Shown in pieces: positions 28,249 to 37,231 of a stretch of DNA of 64,000 nucleotides. The notes under the pieces were generated by a model, which worked only from the letters and a program-made list of their open reading frames with translations, did not search any database and had not been told where the DNA came from. The stretch's first letter is position 1. Every line of letters begins with the position of its first letter. Made by a program: the position numbers and the translations under genes. This DNA comes from Myxococcota bacterium (GTDB lineage Bacteria; Myxococcota_A; UBA796; UBA2385): NCBI GenBank assembly GCA_044344255.1, contig JBIJDH010000001.1, positions 512,001-576,000 on the forward strand. Direction: 5' to 3'.

Positions 28249-30234
28249 TCACTCCGCCGAGGCCGGGTCCCAGTCGACCTCCACCGCGCCGCCCTCGACC
28301 AGGGTGACCCGATAGTTGGCCGGGACATCGGCGTAGGTGTCGACCGCGCCCCCGGGCCAGGTCACCTCGACGGCGGTGATCGAGCAGGACGCGCCGAGGC
28401 CGAAGCTGAGCTCGGTGTCGTGCTGCATCCCCATGTGGCCGTAGCCGCCGCCCAGCTCCTGAACCTGGGTGTTGCCATCGTCGGTCGTGACCTCGACGCG
28501 GGCCCCGATCCCGGCCCGGTTCGCGGCCTCGCCGGCGAGCTTGATCCGGACCATGTTCCCGCCGCCGAGCCCGTTCTCGAAGAGGTGGACCTCGTGGGTG
28601 GTCCACGGTGTGCCGCTCCGCGACGTAGAGGAGCCGGTGACCACGTCGAGATCACCGTCCCGATCGAAGTCGGCGACGACCCCACCGGCCGGCCACTCGA
28701 GGGCGATGCCCGCCGGCTCCGCCACCTCCTCGAAGGCGCCCGGGGCGACCTGGCGGTACAGGAACATCCGCCCGCCCGGATAGTCGGTCGTGACGAGCAG
28801 GATGTCCTTCCAACCATCATTGTCGAAGTCCAGGAAAGCGGCGAAGAGATCGCCCTCGTTCCAGCTCGCGGAGGCCCACTCGCGGGCGAGGCCGTTGGTG
28901 TCGTTGCCCGGGCGGGTGAAGGTGCCAGCGCCGTCGTTCAAGAGCAGCTCGGAGGCGTCTGAGCTCTCGCCGATGTGCCAGTGCTTGATCTCCGCGTTGT
29001 AGAGGTCGTTGTCGCCGTCGTTGTCGATGTCGCCGCAGACGGTGGTGAAGGTGTTTCCGGCCAGCCGCGCAGGCTGGTCGTCCCAGCCGGGCACCCAGTA
29101 GCTGGCGTAGGTGGCGCAGGTGGCCTCATCGAAGGCGGGGGCCTCGGGGGAGGGGTCGCAGCCGTAGACCGAGCAATAACAAAGGTAGAACTGATTGTCC
29201 GAGTAGTCGAGCTTGTCATCGGCTGCGGCGCCGCTCTCCTGACCGACCTCGGTGAAGAGGGCCGCACCGTCGTTCATCCACTGCTGGTTCCAAGCGCGCC
29301 CATAGTTGGAGGCGAGGAGGTCTGGTGCAGCGTCGCCGTCGAGGTCGCAGGCGTTGGCGGCGAAGGCGGGGCGCCGGGCCTCGCCGTCGAGCCAGTCGGA
29401 GGTGGCGGTGCCCCGCTTCATGAACAGTCCGGCGGTGCCGGTGATGTCGGTGAAGGTGCCGTCACCCTGCCCGAGGTAGAGGTGCTGCTGCTCGGCGTAG
29501 AGGTATCCGTACTCGTGGTACCAGCCGACGACGTAGAGGTCGAGCTTGCCGTCCTGATCGACGTCGGTGAAGCTAGCGCCGGTCGTGGCGTAGCCATCGT
29601 CCACGAAGAGGTCGCTCTGTGGGGCGAGGACGAAGGTGCCATCCCCCTGGTTCAACAGCAGCTCGTTACGATCGCCGGGGTCGGCCTCGGCGTTCGAGCC
29701 GTCGTAGAACTGCCCGGCGAAGACGTCGAGGTCCCCATCGTTGTCCACGTCCCCGAAGACATGCACGACGCTGGCGCGGCCGATCTGGTTGGCGTCGCCC
29801 ACCCGCGGCGCGAAGAGCCCCCGCTCCAGGGTCTCATCGACGAAGGTGCGGCCCCCGCCCTCGGCGGGGCGGTTCATCAGCAGCCAGTGGTAGCGGGTGC
29901 CGGCCTCGAAGTCGTCCCGCCCGAAGGCGGTGCCCTCGCTGGCGATGAGGTCCGGGTAGCCGTCCTGATCGACGTCCGCGGCAGAGAACCGGGTGCCGAG
30001 CACGCCCTCGAGGCCCCAGGCGGCGGTCTCCTCGGAGAACGCGGCCTCACCGGCCCACTCCACCGCGGAATTGCAGATGGGAGGGGGGCTCTCCTCCCCA
30101 ACCCCACCGCTGTCCGAGCCACCGGGGCCCGGCTCCGCCTTGCCAGCCTCTCCCCCGGAGCAGGCGAGGGCGAGGGCCAGGGCCAGGGCGAGGATGGGGG
30201 AGGAGAAGACGCTCAGGGTGACCCGCGGGGACAT
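28249..30234 (-). CDS. CRTAC1/ASPIC-UnbV family FG-GAP repeat lipoprotein
   Basis: LALAC lipobox; many DxDxDGxxD repeats; C-terminal NRAGIGARV..QELGGGYGH..LSFGLG..VEVTWPGG. Confidence 0.88.
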   Translation of the reverse strand: MSPRVTLSVFSSPILALALALALACSGGEAGKAEPGPGGSDSGGVGEESPPPICNSAVEWAGEAAFSEETAAWGLEGVLGTRFSAADVDQDGYPDLIASEGTAFGRDDFEAGTRYHWLLMNRPAEGGGRTFVDETLERGLFAPRVGDANQIGRASVVHVFGDVDNDGDLDVFAGQFYDGSNAEADPGDRNELLLNQGDGTFVLAPQSDLFVDDGYATTGASFTDVDQDGKLDLYVVGWYHEYGYLYAEQQHLYLGQGDGTFTDITGTAGLFMKRGTATSDWLDGEARRPAFAANACDLDGDAAPDLLASNYGRAWNQQWMNDGAALFTEVGQESGAAADDKLDYSDNQFYLCYCSVYGCDPSPEAPAFDEATCATYASYWVPGWDDQPARLAGNTFTTVCGDIDNDGDNDLYNAEIKHWHIGESSDASELLLNDGAGTFTRPGNDTNGLAREWASASWNEGDLFAAFLDFDNDGWKDILLVTTDYPGGRMFLYRQVAPGAFEEVAEPAGIALEWPAGGVVADFDRDGDLDVVTGSSTSRSGTPWTTHEVHLFENGLGGGNMVRIKLAGEAANRAGIGARVEVTTDDGNTQVQELGGGYGHMGMQHDTELSFGLGASCSITAVEVTWPGGAVDTYADVPANYRVTLVEGGAVEVDWDPASAE

Positions 30235-30372
30235 GGAACCTCCATCGGCGACGAGACAAATAGCACCTCGCGAACGGTGCGGGCAGGCCGACCGCGAAGT
30301 CCAGCGCACCATCCGCGACGCCGAGCGGCTCAACTCCCCTGGGCCGCAGGTCCAACAGTTCGCGGGATCTAC

Positions 30373-30403
30373 TTGACCGCGGGCCCCCCCTCTCTGTTAG
30401 TCT
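30373..30403 (+). promoter_or_regulatory. Possible promoter for motAB
   Basis: TTGACC at 30373-30378 and extended -10 TGnTAGTCT at 30395-30403; the 19-nt spacer is long. Confidence 0.35.
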
Positions 30404-30473
30404 CCCGCACCTTCGGAGGCGTCCCGCGGCGCCCCGCCTCCCAGCATCGTCCGGAGCGAGAGAACAGCAGGCC

Positions 30474-31343
30474 ATGGTAGCAATCGTCGGCTACATCATC
30501 GTCCTCGCGGCCATCGTGGGGGGCTTCATCGGTGAAGGCGGGAGCGTCTCCGCCTTCTGGCAGCCCTGGGAGTACGTCATCATCCTGGGGGCCGCGCTCG
30601 GCTCCTTCGTGATCGGCAACCCGGCCAAGGTCATCAAGGCCGTCCTCCATGACGTCGCGGGGATCTTCAAAGGAAAAGACAGGGCGAAGCAAGATTATCT
30701 TGATCTTCTCCTCTTGCTGATGCAGCTCTTCCAAGTGGCCCGCCGGGAGGGCGTGATCGCGCTCGAGTCCCACGTGACGAAGCCGGGCGACAGTCCGGTG
30801 TTCCGGCAGTACGAGAGCGTGGTCAAGAACACCGAGCTCACGGACTACATTTGTGACAATCTGAAGGTCTTCGTGTCGTCGAACATGCAGCCGCACGAGT
30901 TCGACAACCTCATGGAGATCGATCTCGAGAGCCGCTACCACCACGCGATGGTGTCGTCCCTGTCGGTGAACAAGCTCGCCGAGGCGCTACCTGGCCTCGG
31001 CATCGTGGCGGCCGTGCTGGGCGTGGTGCTCACCATGAACAACATGGGCGCCGCGCCCGAGGTCCTCGGCCACTCCATCGGCGCCGCCCTCGTCGGCACC
31101 CTGCTCGGCGTGCTCTGCTGTTACGGCCTCGTGGGCCCCCTCGCCACGAACCTCGAGCACCGGGCGCACGAGATCCAGTCCGAGTGCAATGTGGTGCGCG
31201 CCTCCCTCCTCGCGTTCGCCCAGGGGCAGTCCCCGGGCAGCGCGGTCGAGGCTGGCCGTCGTGCCGTCGGCGGGCACGACCGCCCCGGCTTCGACGAGCT
31301 CGACGCCGCGACCCGTGGTGGCAAGAAGCCGGAGGGCGCATGA
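30474..31343 (+). CDS. motA: Flagellar stator protein MotA
   Basis: WQPWEYVIILGAALGSFVIGNP, ARREGVIALE, EALPGLGIVAAVLG, IGAALVGTLLG..YGLVGP, AVEAGR. Confidence 0.92.
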   Translation: MVAIVGYIIVLAAIVGGFIGEGGSVSAFWQPWEYVIILGAALGSFVIGNPAKVIKAVLHDVAGIFKGKDRAKQDYLDLLLLLMQLFQVARREGVIALESHVTKPGDSPVFRQYESVVKNTELTDYICDNLKVFVSSNMQPHEFDNLMEIDLESRYHHAMVSSLSVNKLAEALPGLGIVAAVLGVVLTMNNMGAAPEVLGHSIGAALVGTLLGVLCCYGLVGPLATNLEHRAHEIQSECNVVRASLLAFAQGQSPGSAVEAGRRAVGGHDRPGFDELDAATRGGKKPEGA

Positions 31344-31378
31344 CGTCCTCCCTTCCCCGATGGTGAGGGCGTCGCGGC

Positions 31379-32383
31379 ATGGCTGAAGAGAAGCGCCCAA
31401 TCCTCATCAAGAAGGTCAAGAAGGCCGGCCACTCCGCCCACGGCGGGAGCTGGAAGGTGGCCTATGCTGACTTCGTGACGGCGATGATGGCCTTCTTCCT
31501 CCTCATGTGGCTGCTGTCGATGATCGACCCCGTCAAGAAGGAGGCGGTGGCCTCCTACTTCAACGAGTACAGCGTCTACGACAAGGGCGGTCGGCCCTTT
31601 TACGAGTCCGAGAAGCTGGGAAAGCAGGATCGCGGCGCCATCACGAACATCTTCCCCCGCCCGCGGAATGTCCCTCGGACCTCCGGCACCGGCGCCAACG
31701 CGCCCGGCGGCCTGGACACGGATTCCAACGGGCAGATCGCAGGGGACCTCCAATGGATCTACGAGCAGCGCACCCCTGACTTCATCGACCAGCTGCAGAT
31801 CGACCAGTTCGCCGGCGGTGTGCGCATCAACATCATGGACGCAGAGGGGCGGCCCATCTTTGAGTCCGGCAGCGACACTCCGACCGCCGAGGGGCGGAAG
31901 CTCCTCGAGGTGACCGGGGCCTACCTGCAGACCATCCGCCGCCGCGTCGCGATCGGCGGCCACACCGACACCACCCCCTATGCCTCGGCGGTCTACACCA
32001 ACTGGGAGCTCTCCGCGGCGCGCGCGTCCTCGGCGCGGCGGGTGATGCGCAGCGCGGGCTTCGACGAGTCCCGGCTGGTCCGCGTCTCCGGCTATTCCGA
32101 CTCCGATCCCTTCGTCGCCGACAAGCCAGCCGACCCTCGCAACCGACGCATCAGCATCACGATCTTCGACGGCAGCCTTGGCGCCAGCGGCTTCGAGGTC
32201 CCCGAGCCCTTCAGCATCAACGACTACATCGCCGAGCACCCCTACCCCCCCGATGGAGAGAAGGCCCCGGTCGAGGCCACCCCGCCGGAGGGAGAGGCCG
32301 CGCCCGAAGCCCCCGCCCCCGGAGGGGACGCGGCGCCACCCAGCGAGGCGCCCGCGGAAGGCGGCGAGGTCCAACCCCATTGA
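31379..32383 (+). CDS. motB: Flagellar stator protein MotB
   Basis: HGGSWKVAYADFVTAMMAFFLLMWL; OmpA-like domain GHTD..NWELSAARA..NRRISI. Confidence 0.92.
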   Translation: MAEEKRPILIKKVKKAGHSAHGGSWKVAYADFVTAMMAFFLLMWLLSMIDPVKKEAVASYFNEYSVYDKGGRPFYESEKLGKQDRGAITNIFPRPRNVPRTSGTGANAPGGLDTDSNGQIAGDLQWIYEQRTPDFIDQLQIDQFAGGVRINIMDAEGRPIFESGSDTPTAEGRKLLEVTGAYLQTIRRRVAIGGHTDTTPYASAVYTNWELSAARASSARRVMRSAGFDESRLVRVSGYSDSDPFVADKPADPRNRRISITIFDGSLGASGFEVPEPFSINDYIAEHPYPPDGEKAPVEATPPEGEAAPEAPAPGGDAAPPSEAPAEGGEVQPH

Positions 32384-32410
32384 GGCGCGGCCTGCGCCGG
32401 TCGTGCTGAC

Positions 32411-34672
32411 GTGAGCCTCCGCGCTCAGCTCCACCGGGCGGTGCCGGCGATCTGCTGGGCAGGGGTCACGGGGACGGGCGCGGCCCTGTGCTTCCTGCCG
32501 CTCTTCTCCCTGCTCGGGATGGAGTCCTCGGCGGTGTCCGGGGTGGCGGTGGGGCTCGCGGCGATGGCGCTCACCCTGCGAAGGCTGGGCACGCCCTACA
32601 CCGGCTCGCCAGCGGCGCTCTACTTCGAGCTCCTCCCGAAGAACCTCGCCCTCGTGCTGCCGCCCCTCTGCCTGCTCAGCCTGAACGCCCTGCGGGTGCG
32701 GAACTGCGATCTCTCCATGGGGGTGGAGTTCTTCGCCCTGATCCCCGTCGTGTCGGTCGTCGTCGGGCAGACGATCGCCTGGGCCTCGGCGCGCCTGCTC
32801 TCACGCGGGCGCTGGCTGCTCTGCGCGGGCGCGCTCCTGCTCGACGTCGGTGTCTTCCTCGAGCGACTCGCCAATGAGCCCCCGATCCAGGGCTTCAGTC
32901 TGCTCTTCGGCTGGTTCCCGGGCTCCATCTACGACGAGGCCCTCTCCGTCCCCGGCTCGCTCCGCTGGTACCGCCTCACCCTGCTCGGCGCCGCGGCCGC
33001 GGTCGTGCTCGCCGACGAGCTGCGCTTCCGCTGGCAGGAGCGCCGCCCCCACAAAGGCGCGCTGGCCGGCCTCATCGCCGTCACCCTCGTCACGGGCTGG
33101 GCGATCCGACAGCGGCAGGCCCACGGCATCGGCCTCGATCACGCGGACGTCGAGCGGTCGCTCGGCGGCGAGCTCGAGACGGCCCACTTCGTCATCCACT
33201 ACTCGGCCGGCGACATGAACCCCGAGTCGCTGCGCCTGCTCGCGCTCGATCACGAGTACCGATACAGCGAGCTCCTCACCTTCTTTGAGGAAGATCCGGT
33301 CGCCTGGCACGGCCGAAAGCTCGGCAGCTACGTCTACCCAGACCGCCAGAGCCAATCGAAGCTCATGGGCAGCAACGGCACCCTCATCGCCCGCCCTTGG
33401 ACCGGCGAGATGCACATCCGCTGGGAGGGCTTCGGAGACACCAGCCTCGCCCACGAGCTCGCCCACCTCTTCACTGCCCCCTTCGGCGGCGGCCCGCTGC
33501 ACCTCGCGACGGACGGCGGCCTAGCCGTCAACATCGGCCTCGTCGAGGGCATCGCGTTGGCCGCCGATTGGCCGCCCGACGAGCTCATGCCCCACGAGGC
33601 CGCCGCGGCGATGAAGCAGCTCGACATCATGCCCAACCTCCGCCCGCTGTTCCGGGTGGATGGGTTCTGGAGCCAGCCCGGCAACAAGGCGTACACCCTG
33701 ATGGGCTCCTTCGTGCGGTGGCTCGTGGAGACTCAGGGGATCACGAAGTTCAAGGCGGTCTACGCGGAGGGAGACTGGACGGGGGTGTATGGCAAGCCGG
33801 CCCGTGAGCTCGTCAGCGACTGGGAGGCCTTCATCGACACGGTGCCGGTAGACGCCCAGCGCATCGAGCCGGCCCGCCAACGGTACTCCCGCAGCTCCAT
33901 CTTCGAGAAGACCTGCGCTCGCACGATCGCCGATCTCACCCGCAAGTCGGGCGGGGCCGAGGGCCGGGGGGACTACGCCGAGGCCATCCAGATCCGAAAG
34001 GAGATCCTCCGCTTCGAACCCAAGAAGACCGAGCATCTCATGGCCCTCTCCCGCCTCCTCGACAAGAGCGGCGACCGCGAAGGGGCCATCGCGGTCCTCG
34101 ACCAGCTCCTCGAGCGGAAGCTCAAGGAGGCCCAGCGGATGAAGGTCCTCGAAGAGAAGGCCGACCTCCTCTGGAAGAGCGAGCACCCCGAGGAGGCGCG
34201 CGCCATCTACGCGGAGTGCGGGGCCGCCACCGACGGGGACAGCGCGCGCCGCCGCCTCGCCACCAAGTCCATCGCCGTCGAGCTCGCAGACCCCGCCCTG
34301 CGCGACCTCGCCGCCCGCTACCTGCTGGACGATGACGGGCGCGCGGTCTCGCTGTACCTCGCCCTCAAGTGGGCCGGCGCCGCCCCCGAAGATCCACTGC
34401 CCCGCTACCTCGTCGGCCTCCAGCTCTTCCATGCACAGGAGTGGGAGGACAGCATCGACTGGCTCAGCCGGGCCGCACACCAGCTCCCCACCGAGGCCCT
34501 CGAAGATCAGCGGCGGATCAGCCAGGCCGGGGCCCTCCTCCGCCTCGACCGAACCGCCGAGGCGATGGCGGTCTACGAGGAGCTCCTGGGCTCGAGCTCC
34601 TCCCTCGCCGTCGAGACCGGCCGGGAGGGTGTCCAACGCTGCCGTTGGGCCTTGGCCTCCGTCACGGAATAG
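32411..34672 (+). CDS. Multi-TM membrane protein with gluzincin-like metallopeptidase domain and C-terminal TPR repeats
   Basis: About 7 N-terminal TM segments; LAHELAH with downstream EGIA; helical TPR-like tail. Confidence 0.7.
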   Translation: MSLRAQLHRAVPAICWAGVTGTGAALCFLPLFSLLGMESSAVSGVAVGLAAMALTLRRLGTPYTGSPAALYFELLPKNLALVLPPLCLLSLNALRVRNCDLSMGVEFFALIPVVSVVVGQTIAWASARLLSRGRWLLCAGALLLDVGVFLERLANEPPIQGFSLLFGWFPGSIYDEALSVPGSLRWYRLTLLGAAAAVVLADELRFRWQERRPHKGALAGLIAVTLVTGWAIRQRQAHGIGLDHADVERSLGGELETAHFVIHYSAGDMNPESLRLLALDHEYRYSELLTFFEEDPVAWHGRKLGSYVYPDRQSQSKLMGSNGTLIARPWTGEMHIRWEGFGDTSLAHELAHLFTAPFGGGPLHLATDGGLAVNIGLVEGIALAADWPPDELMPHEAAAAMKQLDIMPNLRPLFRVDGFWSQPGNKAYTLMGSFVRWLVETQGITKFKAVYAEGDWTGVYGKPARELVSDWEAFIDTVPVDAQRIEPARQRYSRSSIFEKTCARTIADLTRKSGGAEGRGDYAEAIQIRKEILRFEPKKTEHLMALSRLLDKSGDREGAIAVLDQLLERKLKEAQRMKVLEEKADLLWKSEHPEEARAIYAECGAATDGDSARRRLATKSIAVELADPALRDLAARYLLDDDGRAVSLYLALKWAGAAPEDPLPRYLVGLQLFHAQEWEDSIDWLSRAAHQLPTEALEDQRRISQAGALLRLDRTAEAMAVYEELLGSSSSLAVETGREGVQRCRWALASVTE

Positions 34673-34737
34673 CCACAGGACGCACCCCCAAGCCTCGGAT
34701 ATCCCCACCGGTCACTCGCGTCAGACCGGACCCCGCC

Positions 34738-36723
34738 ATGAGCGAAGAGCTCCAGATCCCACCGCTTCAGCTCCACGCCAAGGAGCCAGCCTCACGGGTC
34801 AGCCGCTGGCTTTTCAGCGGGACCTCGCTCGATCACCCGACCGAGCATCATGTCGGCCACCCCTGGCACAAGGTGCTGTGGCTGACCGGCGTCGACTACT
34901 TCAGCACCCTCGGCTACCAGCCGGGCATCGCGCTCCTCGCCGCGGGGGCCATCTCCCCGATCGCCACGCTGCTCCTCGTGCTGGTCACCCTCTTTGGGGC
35001 GCTGCCGATCTACCTCCAGGTCTCCCGCCGCTCCTTCGCCGGGCAGGGCTCCATCGCCATGCTGGAGACGCTGCTCCGGGGCTGGAAGTCGAAGATGCTG
35101 GTCTTGGTGCTGCTCGGCTTCGCGGCGACCGACTTCGTCATCACGATGACGCTCTCGGCCGCCGACGCCTCGCTGCACCTCGTCGAGAACCCCTTCCTGC
35201 ACGGGATCATCGGCGATCACCAGTTCGGCATCACCCTCGTCCTGCTGCTGGCGCTGGCGGTGGTCTTCCTCGTCGGCTTCAAGGAGGCCATCGGCCTCGC
35301 CTCGGGGGTGGCGGTCCCCTACCTGCTGCTGAACGCCGTGGTGATCGCCAGGGGTCTCCAGGAGATCTACCAGCACCCCGAGCACTTCGAGACCTGGAAG
35401 CTCCACCTCGCCACCCAGGGCGACCTCACCGCGGTCCTCCTCGTAGCCGCCCTCCTCTTCCCCCGCCTCGCCCTCGGCATGTCGGGCTTTGAGACAGGGG
35501 TGTCGGTGATGCCCCTCGTGGACGGCGACCCCGACGACGCCGGCAAGCCCACCCCCGAGGGGCGGATCCGCAACACCGGCAAGCTGCTCTTCGCCGCCGC
35601 GGCGATCATGAGCGTGTACCTGCTGAGCTCAAGCTTCGTGACGACGCTGCTCATCCCGGAGGAGCTGTACCGCGAAGGGGGCCCCGCCTTCGGCCGCGCC
35701 CTCGCTTACCTCGCGCACACCTACCTCGGGCCGGTGTTCGGTAGCATCTACGACCTCTCCACCATCCTCATCCTCTGGTTCGCCGGCGCCTCGGCCATGG
35801 CGGGCCTGCTCAACATCATCCCGCGATACCTGCCGCGCTTCGGTATGGCCCCGAAGTGGATCGCCTGGGCCCGCCCGCTCGTCCTCGTGCTCTGCGCGAT
35901 CACCCTCCTGGTGACCTGGATCTTCGACGCCAACGTCGAGGCCCAGGCTGGGGCCTACGCCACCGGCGTCCTGGTGCTGATGACCTCAGCGGCGCTCGCC
36001 GTCGCGCTGGCCTTCCGCACCGAGGCAGCGAACAGCGAGGGGGCGGAGCGACGCGGATTCCGGATCCGCGCCCTCGCCTTCTCGCTGGTCACCGCCGTCT
36101 TCGTCTACACGCTGGCGGACAACGTGATGGAGCGCCATGACGGCGTGATCATCGCCGCCTTCTTCATCCTCGTGGTGCTGGGGGTCGGCGCCGCCAGCCG
36201 CACCCTCCGCTCGACGGAGCTCCGTGTCGCCCACGGCACCTTCGCCGACGAGAAGTCCAAGGCCCTGTGGGCCAGCATGGTGAACAAGAAGGTGGCGCTG
36301 GTGCCGCTCCGCACCTCGAGCTCCCACGCTCGCCACAAGAAGGCCCAGGAGATCCGACGCCACTACAACGAAGGGCATCGCCTGGCCTTCCTCCACGTCA
36401 ACCTCGCCGACAACCGCAGCGAGTTCGCCGCGCCCCTGCGCATCAAGGTCCGGAAGGAGGGAGAGGGCCGAGACTGCGACATGGTGATCGAGGTGTCCGG
36501 CGCGGTGGCTATCGCCAACACGATCGCCTACGTCAGCGAGCTCATCGACCCCATCAGCCTCTTCCTGGGCCTCACTCGCCAGAACTTGATGACGCAGGCC
36601 TTCAAGTATCTGCTCTGGGGAGAGGGGGAGACTGGCTTGATGGTCTACATGATCCTGCTCCGCCACTGGGACAGCACCCCCGAAGACGATGTCCGGCCGC
36701 TCATCTTCCTGTGGAGCGAATAG
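34738..36723 (+). CDS. APC-superfamily amino acid permease
   Basis: LTGVDYFSTLGYQPGIA, GMSGFETGV, GAYATGVL; more than 10 TM segments and a cytoplasmic tail. Confidence 0.85.
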   Translation: MSEELQIPPLQLHAKEPASRVSRWLFSGTSLDHPTEHHVGHPWHKVLWLTGVDYFSTLGYQPGIALLAAGAISPIATLLLVLVTLFGALPIYLQVSRRSFAGQGSIAMLETLLRGWKSKMLVLVLLGFAATDFVITMTLSAADASLHLVENPFLHGIIGDHQFGITLVLLLALAVVFLVGFKEAIGLASGVAVPYLLLNAVVIARGLQEIYQHPEHFETWKLHLATQGDLTAVLLVAALLFPRLALGMSGFETGVSVMPLVDGDPDDAGKPTPEGRIRNTGKLLFAAAAIMSVYLLSSSFVTTLLIPEELYREGGPAFGRALAYLAHTYLGPVFGSIYDLSTILILWFAGASAMAGLLNIIPRYLPRFGMAPKWIAWARPLVLVLCAITLLVTWIFDANVEAQAGAYATGVLVLMTSAALAVALAFRTEAANSEGAERRGFRIRALAFSLVTAVFVYTLADNVMERHDGVIIAAFFILVVLGVGAASRTLRSTELRVAHGTFADEKSKALWASMVNKKVALVPLRTSSSHARHKKAQEIRRHYNEGHRLAFLHVNLADNRSEFAAPLRIKVRKEGEGRDCDMVIEVSGAVAIANTIAYVSELIDPISLFLGLTRQNLMTQAFKYLLWGEGETGLMVYMILLRHWDSTPEDDVRPLIFLWSE

Positions 36724-36753
36724 GCTTGGCGAGGGCCGCGCGCCCGGAGGCCG

Positions 36754-37203
36754 ATGGTCCCACCTGCACCACACCCCGCCCCCCCCGGGCGCTCCCCGCA
36801 GGAACGGCGGCTGAACCTCATCGCCGTCGGCCTCTTCGGCCTGATGCTCCTCGCGACGGCGCTCTTGTGGTCGCGGCTCCCCGAACGGATGCCGATCCAC
36901 TGGGACCTCCGCGGGCGGGTCGACGGCACCGGCAGCCGCTGGACCGCCGTGCGCACGTTGCCGCTGCTCTCGCTGTGCAGCTGGGGGCTCGTGTACCTGA
37001 TGCGGCGGGTGGAGCCCAACCGGAGCGCCCTCAGCGACACGGTAGACCGGGTGCTCATCGCGCTGCTCAGCCTCTTCGCCGCCACTCACCTCACGCTCCT
37101 GCTCTCGGGCCCTGTCCCCCTCACCTTCGCCGTCGGGCTCTCGGCCCTGTCGGCCTGGGCCGCCGTCACGATCTGGCGGGGAGCTCACCCGGAGCCGAAG
37201 TGA
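36754..37203 (+). CDS. DUF1648/SdpI-like membrane protein
   Basis: LPERMPIHWDLRGRVDG motif; four TM segments. Confidence 0.75.
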   Translation: MVPPAPHPAPPGRSPQERRLNLIAVGLFGLMLLATALLWSRLPERMPIHWDLRGRVDGTGSRWTAVRTLPLLSLCSWGLVYLMRRVEPNRSALSDTVDRVLIALLSLFAATHLTLLLSGPVPLTFAVGLSALSAWAAVTIWRGAHPEPK

Positions 37204-37231
37204 GCGGCCGGCCCCCGCCGCGTCACCTCGG

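Noticed and set aside
30474..32383. Zorya ZorAB or gliding motor AglRQS/TolQR
   Set aside because: The sequences carry flagellar MotA/MotB signatures, with no long ZorA tail and no zorC/D/E.
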